Source: a virus
Lineage: Duplodnaviria > Caudoviricetes
Virus record (IMG/VR): IMGVR_UViG_3300006121_000011
Span: 1-50,300 of that record
DNA length: 50,300 nt
Direction: 5' to 3' (one strand)
The notes beneath the pieces are model-generated. The model saw nothing but the letters and a program-made list of their open reading frames with translations. It was not told where the DNA came from and did no database searches. Both the position numbers and the translations under genes were made by a program. Position 1 is the stretch's first letter, and each line of letters starts with the position of its first letter. Of the stretch, positions 18,529 through 27,855 are shown piece after piece.

Positions 18529-18938
18529 GCATTTTTCAGAAAATAGATTTGCCTTTTTGGGTCAATGTAGATTTTCGACAAATGAAAGAGGGCGAAGCCT
18601 TGGTAATTCCAAAAAAGGAAATTGACAAGGACGGCATTTTTTACGTCTTGAAACGTGCAAAAGATCAAGGTGCGCAAATCTTGCATTTTTCACGCGATAA
18701 AGACGTTATCTTTTATATGCAAAAAGCCGAGGATTTGTTGGGGCAAGCCATGATTGCGTTTGAACACAAAAACGCTTTGACCTTAACCGATATTAACAAA
18801 ATTACCTGCTCTTCTTTATGGCCACAGAAAAAGAAGGGCGCAATTTTACAAAAACTGATTGAACAAAATAAAATAAAAAAGGATGAAACGAATACAGGAG
18901 GCAGAAGAAAAACAACTTATTACAAAATAAACCCTTGA
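18525..18938 (+). CDS. Protein whose C-terminal domain is paralogous to the primase-helicase C-terminus (putative winged helix)
   Basis: 20/49 ungapped identities with the segment encoded at 24423-24569. Confidence 0.8.
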   Translation: MSIFQKIDLPFWVNVDFRQMKEGEALVIPKKEIDKDGIFYVLKRAKDQGAQILHFSRDKDVIFYMQKAEDLLGQAMIAFEHKNALTLTDINKITCSSLWPQKKKGAILQKLIEQNKIKKDETNTGGRRKTTYYKINP

Positions 18939-18952
18939 AACATTTGGCAAAG

Positions 18953-18988
18953 AAAACCCTAACCCCCTAAAAGGTTGGGGTTTTTTTT
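18953..18988 (+). terminator. Rho-independent terminator
   Basis: AAAACCCTAACC / GGTTGGGGTTTT stem followed by a T run. Confidence 0.85.
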
Positions 18989-19017
18989 ATGTGCAAAATT
19001 ATTTTTGATTATTTGTA

Positions 19018-19054
19018 TTTTTTATATTGACACTGATTCTGGTTATGGTATGGT
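19018..19054 (+). promoter_or_regulatory. Early promoter (family member 1)
   Basis: TTTTATATTGACA, N16, TGn-TATGGT. Confidence 0.7.
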
Positions 19055-19106
19055 CGGGTTACTGGATGACGGCGGTTATCTGGGGAACAAACAAACGGGG
19101 GATAAT

Positions 19107-19202
19107 ATGCTTACCACAATCCTATGCAACCTCTTTGGGATAGTCCCTGTTGGCTATACCTATGACCGAGTTAACCAGATCATCAGAAAAAGGAAGGTGT
19201 AA
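19107..19202 (+). CDS. 31-aa peptide
   Basis: GGGGGA SD then ATG 19107; the ORF-track start at 18975 lies inside the terminator. Confidence 0.55.
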   Translation: MLTTILCNLFGIVPVGYTYDRVNQIIRKRKV

Positions 19203-19203
19203 A

Positions 19204-19512
19204 ATGGGTACGCACATTTACATTAAAGGCCACGTTGTGCAATCGGATTCTAGCGAAACTTTGGATGGCTTTCCGTTGATTGAAAAAGCTTATGACCTTG
19301 GCAAAAGTCGCAGCCATGAATTAGGCCAAGAAATTATTGAAAACCTTCTCCTTGACGGCAACACTGTCGAACTTACGGACGAAGATATACGCGAATTTCT
19401 CGAAAACGCAGAACTCAATGAAGCTGATGCCCTTCTATTCAAAAACGCGCTTGAATGGGTAGAAAAACTAACAGACGGTTATCGATATGTTATTGTTTCA
19501 ATCAGCTACTAG
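19204..19512 (+). CDS. Hypothetical acidic protein
   Basis: AAGGT SD, ATG 19204. Confidence 0.7.
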   Translation: MGTHIYIKGHVVQSDSSETLDGFPLIEKAYDLGKSRSHELGQEIIENLLLDGNTVELTDEDIREFLENAELNEADALLFKNALEWVEKLTDGYRYVIVSISY

Positions 19513-19527
19513 AAAAAGGAGTAAACC

Positions 19528-19719
19528 ATGAAAAAAGTTATCTGGACATTAGACCCTTTGTCGAAACGCTGGCGTAAGGAACATAAATTGCTTAAATTGC
19601 CTATAAATGCAACTCGTTATATATCCGATTTTATCAATGAAGAATTGGACAGAGGCAATCCTATAACTCCTAAGACCATAAAAACCGCCATTGAGGCTTA
19701 TGAAGGGGGTGCAAGATGA
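19528..19719 (+). CDS. Hypothetical protein
   Basis: AAGGAG SD. Confidence 0.7.
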   Translation: MKKVIWTLDPLSKRWRKEHKLLKLPINATRYISDFINEELDRGNPITPKTIKTAIEAYEGGAR

Positions 19720-19877
19720 CCAAACGCGAAATAGAAAAGATAGCCCAACGGCTTAAAAAAACGTTTAAGGCTGAATACTCAATTACATCTGATAAAAATG
19801 ACCCATTTAAGCGCGGGGTTATGGATGGCATTGACGCGCTTTTGGATGAATTACTAGACAACATGAAGGGGGAATAA
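19716..19877 (+). CDS. Hypothetical 53-aa protein (not in ORF track)
   Basis: ATGA overlap, GGGGG SD; MTKREIEKIAQRLKK... Confidence 0.6.
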   Translation: MTKREIEKIAQRLKKTFKAEYSITSDKNDPFKRGVMDGIDALLDELLDNMKGE

Positions 19878-19878
19878 A

Positions 19879-20169
19879 ATGCCATGCCAATCACTCAACG
19901 CAGGAATACTTACCTCAAGAAAACGCACGATCAAGACGCGCCGGAAAACATCTATAAAGCCGTTTCTTGTTTTGGCCATGCTCTTACTTTCCTTTGTGGG
20001 AGGCTGGAGATCGCACAAGCCGGAAACAATTATCATAACCAAAATAGAAACACGCTACGAAAAAACACCCGCTTTTTTGCCTCTGCCCAAAACCCGCAAT
20101 CTAAAACGTCAAATTGATACGCTGGCAGCGGCAATACCGGAAAAATTACTGCAACCAATGGGGAAATAA
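19879..20169 (+). CDS. Hypothetical single-pass membrane protein
   Basis: Hydrophobic FLVLAMLLLSFVGG after a basic N-terminus; GGGGGA SD. Confidence 0.6.
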   Translation: MPCQSLNAGILTSRKRTIKTRRKTSIKPFLVLAMLLLSFVGGWRSHKPETIIITKIETRYEKTPAFLPLPKTRNLKRQIDTLAAAIPEKLLQPMGK

Positions 20170-20170
20170 A

Positions 20171-20743
20171 ATGGCCAAGCTATACGTCACTCTTGAAGCA
20201 ATACGCGACAAACAACCATGCGAGGATGGATGGCATATACTTTTAGAGCATTTGGGCAAAACAAAAGCTGATAATGAGCCGCTTGCTTTAAGCGAGATAT
20301 TGGAAAGCAACAAAATTTACGATGCAATTTGGTGTTTACGCGCATTGCCTGAACAATATGACAATCGGGTTCGCTTATTTAATTGCGATGTTGCCGAACA
20401 CGTTTTACATTATTTTACAAACAAATATCCATACGACAATCGCCCAGCCGAAGCTATTAGAATAGCGCGGTTGTTCGCAAATGGGCAGGCCACGCAAGAG
20501 GAATTAGATGTTTCTGCCGCCGCCGCTAAGGCTGTTATTGTTGATCGGGCTGTTATTGTTGATCGGGCTGTTCGGGCTGCTTTTTGGGCTGCTTGGGCTG
20601 CTTTTTGGACTGCTAATAATGTTACTTTGGTTGTTGTTGCTGCTGCGAATGCTGTTTCTTTTGCTGCTGCTGATGAAGGTAGAGTCGCTCGGGCTGCTGA
20701 AAGGGAATACTTAAAAGAACTGTTTATTAAACATTTTTGTTAA
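20171..20743 (+). CDS. Phage protein with Ala-rich low-complexity repeat (possibly Imm5-like domain)
   Basis: PCEDGW, DAIWCLRAL, RLFNCDVAEHVL, DNRPAEAIRIARLFANG then Ala-rich repeats ending AAERE; start revised to 20171. Confidence 0.75.
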   Translation: MAKLYVTLEAIRDKQPCEDGWHILLEHLGKTKADNEPLALSEILESNKIYDAIWCLRALPEQYDNRVRLFNCDVAEHVLHYFTNKYPYDNRPAEAIRIARLFANGQATQEELDVSAAAAKAVIVDRAVIVDRAVRAAFWAAWAAFWTANNVTLVVVAAANAVSFAAADEGRVARAAEREYLKELFIKHFC

Positions 20744-20879
20744 CAGAAAGGTAACACATTCCATGTATAACCCAATGAAGCCGAGAGACTACTTGTTTGG
20801 ATGCTTTTTGATTGTCGCCACATGGGCAACAGTCATTTACGCTGTTGTTAAACTGTCAAATTGAAAAAGGGGAAATGCT

Positions 20880-21263
20880 ATGGATAATTTATGGGAAAAA
20901 ATACAATTTTGCGGCGATCAAGAGGGATGGTGTCCGAAATGCGACAAAATACAGCGCGGATATACGCCCGTTAAGGACAACGGAAACATTTATTTTTATT
21001 GCCCTAATTGCCAAAATGACGAAGCGGATTATCACAGAGAATGGAATATACTTGTTAGGGCGCATGACGTTCTAAACGGAATTGTTTGGCAAAGATTGAG
21101 CGAAAAAAACGGCCACAAGTTTTTTGATTCGCTCAAAGATGAAGAATTGAAAAACGCCATTTTGGTTGGGGAATATCTTGCATATGCCGGTATTATTGCA
21201 TACGCACAGCCTAATCACAGAACGGTTGCCGAAATAGATGCAATGGATAACTTTGGGGGGTAA
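20880..21263 (+). CDS. Zinc-ribbon hypothetical protein
   Basis: CPKC...CPNC; AGGGGA SD. Confidence 0.7.
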   Translation: MDNLWEKIQFCGDQEGWCPKCDKIQRGYTPVKDNGNIYFYCPNCQNDEADYHREWNILVRAHDVLNGIVWQRLSEKNGHKFFDSLKDEELKNAILVGEYLAYAGIIAYAQPNHRTVAEIDAMDNFGG

Positions 21264-21265
21264 TT

Positions 21266-21481
21266 ATGCAAAAAATAGAATGTAATGATTGTGGAATTAT
21301 CATGTTTGACATTCGCAAGGCCTATATTCAAGCATTTACGGCGCGAGCTGAATATGCCCGTATCGGTGAAAACAATGAGGCCATAACACAAGCCTATGAT
21401 AGCTTGATAAATGTTATCAGTAATGACCCCAGTTTTAGGGCAAAAACTTATATTGAATTAAGTCAAAAAGAGGAAAATTAA
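21266..21481 (+). CDS. Hypothetical protein
   Basis: GGGGGG SD; N-terminal CxxC. Confidence 0.6.
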   Translation: MQKIECNDCGIIMFDIRKAYIQAFTARAEYARIGENNEAITQAYDSLINVISNDPSFRAKTYIELSQKEEN

Positions 21482-21785
21482 ATGATTGTTTTATTATCAG
21501 AAATTGTAACCGCAATTATTATATTTGGCCTGCCATTTTATGGAAGCTGGTTATATTATGTTGTGACTGGCGACTTTTTGCGGTTTTGAGAAATGGATAA
21601 AAGCAACGAAAAGGCAACGAAAAAAAGAGCGCGAGAAATAAAAAAATTTCTGATAAAGGCGAATAGGGCGAGGAAGAATAAATGGAAACTTGAGGCGCAA
21701 GGTATTAGGGATTGCATTGTTTTATGTGGGGATGAAGTTTATGAGGTCGATAAAATGAACCGTTAACACAAACAGGGGGGATGCA

Positions 21786-22028
21786 ATGCAAAGCGGGATA
21801 AATGTCAACATTAAACCATTCGAGGCAGGCCAAACGGCTATTTATTATAAAGACGGTTATTCTTGCCTATTTAGAATAGAGGCGTGTTACACAATAAAGG
21901 GTGAATGGTTTGCCTTATGTAGGCATGATGCTGGCTTGGTTTTGGAATTGCCCTGCATGTTTATGATTGCCAAAAAATACAAAAAAGGTACTTGGTTGCA
22001 ATCTGTTATAAGGGGTGGAAAAGCATGA
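21786..22028 (+). CDS. Hypothetical protein
   Basis: GGGGGG SD. Confidence 0.6.
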   Translation: MQSGINVNIKPFEAGQTAIYYKDGYSCLFRIEACYTIKGEWFALCRHDAGLVLELPCMFMIAKKYKKGTWLQSVIRGGKA

Positions 22029-22186
22029 CAACGCAAAAAGAACGCAGTTTAATCGCTTTTGAATTACTTGAGGCAATTTCTAGGATTGCCGATCAATTAC
22101 CCAACATTCCTCTTGACATTCTAACCAAAGCGGTGAGGGGCGAAATGTTAAAAATAATTCATGGCAAGTCGGAGCGTGATGGATAA
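22025..22186 (+). CDS. Hypothetical protein
   Basis: ATGA overlap at 22025 (MTTQKERS...). Confidence 0.55.
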   Translation: MTTQKERSLIAFELLEAISRIADQLPNIPLDILTKAVRGEMLKIIHGKSERDG

Positions 22187-22328
22187 TATAAAATAAATGT
22201 GCTAGGGTTTTCTATGGCGGTGTGGAGTCGCGTCCCCGTAAGTATTTTAATTGCTTGATTTTGGGTTCTTCCCTGTTTTCCCATTAATCGCATTGAAGTA
22301 GCCGCCACCATCTTTAACGGGGGTTCTC

Positions 22329-24584
22329 TTGGTCGATATTTCATCTTTTTCCGAACATGCCAATCAATATCTTGCACGAATAATGCAGCCGGAAGATTGG
22401 CGCGATCCCGTTGAAATGTTGCGCGAGGAAATGATTTCCTACAAATTAGAGCCGCCTAGTCATATTCCGTTTGATCGTATTTTTCGGATGAAGGCGGAAG
22501 GTGATGGTAGAAATGAGCAGGCCGGATGGGCAATCGTCCATCGATTAGATCAAATGATTGTTTCCGTTTTTGGTTCTTGGCGCGGCAATCCTGATCGCGT
22601 TTCGTGGTGCAGCCGGAACTTTAACCGGATGGATGACGAGCAAAGGAATTATTATAACAACCGAATAAGGGAAGCGGAAGAAAAACGGGAATTGGCCAAA
22701 AGGGCATTGCATGAAGAAGCCGCGCAACGTGCGTTAGAAATTTGGGCGGAGTCAAGTCCTGCGTCTAAAGATTACCCCTACATCGCACGCAAGGGCATTT
22801 CCAGAATTGAGGGCGTGCGCATTTATAAGAACAAGCTAATTGTGCCAGTTTATAATAAGAGTAAATTAGCTGGTTTTGAATATATCGAGCCGGACGGACG
22901 GAAAACCTCTCTTTACGGAACGGAAAGAAAGGGCGGGTTTTATCAGTTTGATGGCGATGTTGCAAAAATATATATCTGCGAGGGATGGGCAACGGGCGCA
23001 TCGCTTGCGGAAGCTAGCCCGTATGCGGTCGTTTCTGCTTTTGGCGGCGGCAATCTTTTTGAGGTTGCTAATTTATTGAAAAACAAATATCCGGATTCGC
23101 GTTTGATCGTGGCCGGTGATTTGGGCGATGTTGGCAGACAAAAAGCGAGACAAGCCGCCGAAGGAGTGGGGGCAATTTGCATTTTCCCGCCTGATGATAA
23201 TTCATTTGAGGGCAAAGATTTTAATGATTTACATAAAGAAAAAGGTCTTGAGGCTCTTAAAAGTTATTTGGCGAAAGTTGAGATTCCTGTTGTTTTTCAG
23301 GAAGAGAAAAAAAGCGATGATAACGTTTTATTGCCGCCAAAAGGTTTTTTGCGGGATGTGTACGATTATTACAATGCGACAAGCCGCAACCGGCAACATG
23401 GTTTTGCCGCGCAGACCGCACTTGCATTAGGTAGTGTTATTCTTGGCCGTCGATTCAAAACAAATAATGGGAATTATTCTTCCCTGTTTTTTTTGAATAT
23501 CGGTCGGACTGGGACTGGCAAGGAACATTCACGATCTGTCATTACAAAAATTATGGACGCTTGCGGACAAAATGACATGGTTTTAACGGGCGGTTATACG
23601 TCCGAAGGGGCTGTCATTACGGCGTTGTATAAATCTCCAAAACATATTTGTGTATGGGATGAATTTGGCAAAAATTTACAAGCTGGCAAAGCAGCAAAAG
23701 ACAATAATTCGCTTACTTGCCTTTCAAAGCTAATGGAGGTTATTACAGTATGCGGTGGCATTGTTTCGTCTAAAACTTATTCCGGCGCAGCCTTGGGCAA
23801 GGACAAGATAAAAACGGCTGGCTCTATTTCGATTAGACAGCCAGCCCTAACCCTATTGGCAATGACGACACCTTCCACATTTTTTGAGGGCGGCGGTCAG
23901 GGTATGGTTGCAGACGGGTTTGCGGGTCGTTTTGTGACATATATTAGCCATGCCGAACGTGAATTGCGGCGTATGGTCGATGATATTGAGGTTCCTAAAT
24001 CAATTATAGATTGGGTTATAGATGCCAATGATAGGGGAGAGACGGCAAAAACCCAAGATAATCCTGAATTGAATGTTAAACCTGTCATTATAAATATACC
24101 GGAATCAGTATATTTTCATTTTCAGAAGTTTGAGCAATGGTGCATTGATGAGGGCAAAAAGTTAGAAGTTGAGGGTAAGGGGCTGGACGATCTTTTGGTT
24201 CGCACGGCAGAACTTGCGTTGCGGATTAGTATGATCTGCGCTTTGTCGCGCAATATCAAGGCAACGGAGATACAAATAGAGGATATTGATTGGGCGGTTA
24301 ATTATATGCGGAATTGCACAACCGCCTTATTAAAAGAATATAAGAGAAAATTGTCCGGCTCTACCTTTGAGGCCGATAAACTTTCCGCTCTTGAGGCGTT
24401 TCGTAAATTGGGCGAAAAAGGCATGACATTAACCGATCTGAACAAAAAGCATCCTTTTGCCAAGTGGAAAATTAAGGATAGACAAGAGGTATTAAATGCC
24501 CTATTGGAATCGGAATTAATTGATACCCAAATAATTGATACCGGAGGCCGGAAGAAAACTATTTATTATGCGAAGGGGGAATAA
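22329..24584 (+). CDS. Toprim DNA primase fused to P-loop helicase-like (DUF3987-like) domain
   Basis: YIARKGI, LIVPV, IYICEGWATG, IVAGDLGD, KDFNDL; Walker A GRTGTGKE, Walker B VWDEFG; C-terminal TGGRKKT. Confidence 0.88.
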   Translation: MVDISSFSEHANQYLARIMQPEDWRDPVEMLREEMISYKLEPPSHIPFDRIFRMKAEGDGRNEQAGWAIVHRLDQMIVSVFGSWRGNPDRVSWCSRNFNRMDDEQRNYYNNRIREAEEKRELAKRALHEEAAQRALEIWAESSPASKDYPYIARKGISRIEGVRIYKNKLIVPVYNKSKLAGFEYIEPDGRKTSLYGTERKGGFYQFDGDVAKIYICEGWATGASLAEASPYAVVSAFGGGNLFEVANLLKNKYPDSRLIVAGDLGDVGRQKARQAAEGVGAICIFPPDDNSFEGKDFNDLHKEKGLEALKSYLAKVEIPVVFQEEKKSDDNVLLPPKGFLRDVYDYYNATSRNRQHGFAAQTALALGSVILGRRFKTNNGNYSSLFFLNIGRTGTGKEHSRSVITKIMDACGQNDMVLTGGYTSEGAVITALYKSPKHICVWDEFGKNLQAGKAAKDNNSLTCLSKLMEVITVCGGIVSSKTYSGAALGKDKIKTAGSISIRQPALTLLAMTTPSTFFEGGGQGMVADGFAGRFVTYISHAERELRRMVDDIEVPKSIIDWVIDANDRGETAKTQDNPELNVKPVIINIPESVYFHFQKFEQWCIDEGKKLEVEGKGLDDLLVRTAELALRISMICALSRNIKATEIQIEDIDWAVNYMRNCTTALLKEYKRKLSGSTFEADKLSALEAFRKLGEKGMTLTDLNKKHPFAKWKIKDRQEVLNALLESELIDTQIIDTGGRKKTIYYAKGE

Positions 24585-24934
24585 TGCAATACAAATTTAC
24601 TCTTCCTCTTTGTCCATCCGTCAATCAATTATATGGTGGCGGTTCTGCCCAAAAAAGATTTCCATCTAAAAAATATAAAGAATGGTTGTTGACTTGTCCA
24701 AAATTGCCGCCCCTTAATTTGCAAAAAGTTAGATTAGAATATACGTTTTATTTTCCAACTAAAAGGGCGGCTGATTTAGCGAATCGGGAAAAAGCAACAA
24801 CAGATTATCTTGTCAAGCAAAATGTTATTGTTGATGATAATTTTGAGGTTGTACCCGAAATGTTGTTAAAATTTGGCGGTATTAAAAAAAATAATGGGTA
24901 TGTCGATATTTTTATATTGACACTGCCTAAATAA
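24584..24934 (+). CDS. rusA: RusA-family Holliday junction resolvase
   Basis: LPLCPSVNQLY, DLANREKATTDYL, IVDDN. Confidence 0.85.
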   Translation: MQYKFTLPLCPSVNQLYGGGSAQKRFPSKKYKEWLLTCPKLPPLNLQKVRLEYTFYFPTKRAADLANREKATTDYLVKQNVIVDDNFEVVPEMLLKFGGIKKNNGYVDIFILTLPK

Positions 24935-24944
24935 GCTATATATT
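24908..24944 (+). promoter_or_regulatory. Promoter (family member 2) for the recombination operon
   Basis: TTTTATATTGACA, N16, TATATT. Confidence 0.7.
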
Positions 24945-24990
24945 CGTTTTTATCGAAACAACATCCGAGCCACAATGGAGGGCAAAGAAG

Positions 24991-25380
24991 ATGGACTTAA
25001 AAGAAAAGTTATTGCTGTTGCAGCAACAGATACAGTCTCTTAAAGAGCATGAAGCCGACATTAAAGCGCAAATTGTCGAACTTAACAAAAATACGATTGA
25101 AAAAAAGTTAAACGGCAAAGATTACGGATGCGGGTCATTTACACATGACGGCATAAAATTTGCGCGTGACAAGAAAGTTGAATATGACCAAACTGGTCTT
25201 GCTGAAATGTATCGCAAAATTGCAGCGACAAACGAAAACCCTGAGGAATATATCGAAATCAAGTATTCCATTTCTGAACGGAAGTACGCGGCGTGGCCGA
25301 CTTCTATTAAGGAACAATTTGAGCCATTGCGTACAGTAACACCACAACCGATCAAAATAACATTAGCAGGGGAAAAGTAA
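24991..25380 (+). CDS. Hypothetical phage protein with coiled-coil N-terminus
   Basis: GGAGG SD; SERKYAAWP motif. Confidence 0.75.
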   Translation: MDLKEKLLLLQQQIQSLKEHEADIKAQIVELNKNTIEKKLNGKDYGCGSFTHDGIKFARDKKVEYDQTGLAEMYRKIAATNENPEEYIEIKYSISERKYAAWPTSIKEQFEPLRTVTPQPIKITLAGEK

Positions 25381-25381
25381 C

Positions 25382-27397
25382 ATGACAAAGAAGTATGAGC
25401 TTACAAAAGAACATAAGGCCATGTTTCCTGCTTGGCGGGATAAATGGATTGCAAATGCTATGTCAACAAAGGCTATGGATGATGAAGAAAGAGAAAAATG
25501 TCGCGAGGCTGTTAAATCTTTGTATAGATCAGCGAATCTTACGCCGCCGCCAGATCATAGGATTGTTTTTGTGCCTTCACCATTTGTTTTACGTTTTGCC
25601 GCAGGGTTTGCTTGTGCAATTTGGTACATGAAAAATAATAAGACAAAAAGTGTTGATGTTGCGACCCGCGATGCGATCGACGATTCGACCCGCGATGCGA
25701 CCAGCGATGCGACCCGCGATGCGATCGACGCTGCGACCCGCGATGCGACCGGCGCTGCGACCTATCATGAAACCGTTGATGCGATCGACCCTGCTACCGG
25801 CGCTGCGATCGACGATGCGATCGACACTGCGACCTACGTTGCGATCGACACTGCGACCTACGATGCGACCATTGTTGCGACCCGCGCTGCGATCGACGTT
25901 GCGACTCACGCTGCGACCCGCGATGCGACCCGCTATTCGATCGACGATGCGACCGACGATGCGATCGGCGCTGCGACCTATCATGAAACCGTTGATGCGA
26001 TCGGCGCTGCGACCGACGCTGCGACCCGCGCTGCGACCGGCGCTGCGATCGACTATGCGACCGAAGATTCGATCGACGATGCGACCAGCGATGCGACCCG
26101 CGATTCGATCGACGATTCGACCGGCGCTGAGACCTATCATGAAACCATTGATGCGACCATTGCTGCGACCGTTGCTGCGATCGACACTGCGACCTACGTT
26201 GCGACCGGCGCTGCGACCTATCATGAAACCGTTGATGCGATCGGCGCTGCGACCCGCGATGCGACCGGCGCTGCGACCCGCGCTTTGACCCGCGATGAGA
26301 TCGACGATGCGACCGACGATGCGACCCGCGATGCGATCGACGCTGCGACCCGCGATGCGACCGGCGCTGCGACCTATCATGAAACCGTTGATGCGATCGA
26401 CCCTGCTACCGGCGCTGCGACCATTGCGGCGACCATTGTTGCGACCCGCGCTGCGATCGGCGCTGAGACCCGTGCTGCGACCGAAAATGCGACCTATCAT
26501 GAAACCGTTGATGCGATCGACGATGCGACCGACATTGCGACCTGCGATGCGACCTATCATGAAACCGTTGATGCGATCGACGCTGCGACCGACGCTGCGA
26601 CCCGCGATGCGACCGGCGCTGCGACCCGCGCTGCAATGGATAAGAAGAAAAAAGGCAAAAACAATTGGTTTAATTTAGATGTTTCACTGATGGTGAACTT
26701 GTCTAAAAAATTAGGAGTTGGCGAGTTTGGATTAAAATGTTGCGTTGATTGTTATTGGAGGATGTACCAAGGTGGAAATCAATGGTCTGGATGGTCTGCG
26801 TTTCTGACATTTTTTAGATATATTGCCAAACTACCACTGGATTATTCAAAATTTGATGCTTTTGAATATCTTTCTGAACATAGCGGACCCCGTATTATGC
26901 ACAAAGAATTTTGCATGATTAGTGATCGTCCTGAGATATTAAAAGTTGATGACCAGAATCGTCCTCATTCCGAGAATGGACCTTTTTGCAAATGGCGTGA
27001 TGGTACAGCGTTATATGCTTGGCATGGAATATATATTCCCGAATGGTGGATAACAAATAAAGATGAGTTGACACCAGAAATTGCCTTGAAGTGGGAAAAT
27101 GTAGAACAAAGGAGGGCTGCTTGCGAAATGTTGGGATGGGCAAATGTTTTAGAACATCCTAGCTTAAATCCTAAAATTATAAACGAAGATCAGCCTCATA
27201 TCGGAACACTTATTGAGGTGGATTTGCCCGATGCTAAAGGCCAATGGTTTCTTAAATATCAATGTGGAACTGGAAGATGGTTTGCTGAAAGCGTCAATGA
27301 TAAATCGTTTAATACGGCTCTAAAGGCCAATGCTGGCGGGAATGGGTGGCGCGGCGTTGGTAATCCAGAGGACTACATACCCTTTTATCGCACTTAA
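25382..27397 (+). CDS. DUF6745-like protein with a long tetrapeptide-repeat insert
   Basis: N-terminal WRDKWIANAMST...IVFVPSP; C-terminal RPEILKVDDQNRPHSENGP..WRDG..YAWHG...NVEQRRA. Confidence 0.8.
   Translation: MTKKYELTKEHKAMFPAWRDKWIANAMSTKAMDDEEREKCREAVKSLYRSANLTPPPDHRIVFVPSPFVLRFAAGFACAIWYMKNNKTKSVDVATRDAIDDSTRDATSDATRDAIDAATRDATGAATYHETVDAIDPATGAAIDDAIDTATYVAIDTATYDATIVATRAAIDVATHAATRDATRYSIDDATDDAIGAATYHETVDAIGAATDAATRAATGAAIDYATEDSIDDATSDATRDSIDDSTGAETYHETIDATIAATVAAIDTATYVATGAATYHETVDAIGAATRDATGAATRALTRDEIDDATDDATRDAIDAATRDATGAATYHETVDAIDPATGAATIAATIVATRAAIGAETRAATENATYHETVDAIDDATDIATCDATYHETVDAIDAATDAATRDATGAATRAAMDKKKKGKNNWFNLDVSLMVNLSKKLGVGEFGLKCCVDCYWRMYQGGNQWSGWSAFLTFFRYIAKLPLDYSKFDAFEYLSEHSGPRIMHKEFCMISDRPEILKVDDQNRPHSENGPFCKWRDGTALYAWHGIYIPEWWITNKDELTPEIALKWENVEQRRAACEMLGWANVLEHPSLNPKIINEDQPHIGTLIEVDLPDAKGQWFLKYQCGTGRWFAESVNDKSFNTALKANAGGNGWRGVGNPEDYIPFYRT
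25658..26629 (+). repeat. 81 tandem 12-bp units (mostly NNT GCG AYC NNY) encoding x-A-T/I-x
   Basis: Counted unit by unit; no indels; 7 copies of TATCATGAAACC; about 100-bp exact duplication 612 bp apart. Confidence 0.95.
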
Positions 27398-27412
27398 CAA
27401 ACGGAGAGTAAG

Positions 27413-27832
27413 ATGACAGAAGTAATGTTAACAGAAGAAATGTTTTCAACAGGCAAACCTTTTGCTCAAGGCGAAGTTTTGATCTGGATGAAAAAATACG
27501 CCCCAAAAGAAATTTTGGAAAAAGTTGCAGCTTTGAAAAATATGGTCGACATGAAATTGGAAAACGACCAATTAATTCTTGGCCATAGTGAAACCGGTCA
27601 CCACCATGTTTTGGAGCCGGTTAGAAAAGATGTTCATGTTTCTAAAGTTGCTCAAGCTTTAATTGACTTGGCTAATGATAATTTTGTTAACCTTAAACTT
27701 TTGGAGCCTTGCGAGATCATCCATCTTCGCGGTTTTGATACTCATAAATCGATTGTTTTACCTGCTGGTGAATACATTCGAGGATTGCGTGAAGAACAAA
27801 CCGTTGAGGGTTGGGTTCGAGTTGCTGATTAA
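27413..27832 (+). CDS. His-motif partner protein of the DUF6745-like gene
   Basis: AQGEVLI, LGHSETGHHH, IIH...THKSIVLPAGEY, VRVAD. Confidence 0.75.
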   Translation: MTEVMLTEEMFSTGKPFAQGEVLIWMKKYAPKEILEKVAALKNMVDMKLENDQLILGHSETGHHHVLEPVRKDVHVSKVAQALIDLANDNFVNLKLLEPCEIIHLRGFDTHKSIVLPAGEYIRGLREEQTVEGWVRVAD

Positions 27833-27855
27833 CAAATAAAAAAACGGAGAATAAA

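Noticed and set aside
25658-26629. CRISPR array or diversity-generating retroelement target
   Set aside because: No repeat-spacer alternation. The NNY codon pattern resembles DGR output, but the A of ACC/ATC is invariant and no reverse transcriptase or template repeat is in the window
25589-26678. Long alternative-frame ORFs (MRPA/GRIA repeats) on both strands
   Set aside because: By-products of a 12-bp repeat that lacks stops in several frames; they end at the array edges and have no SD
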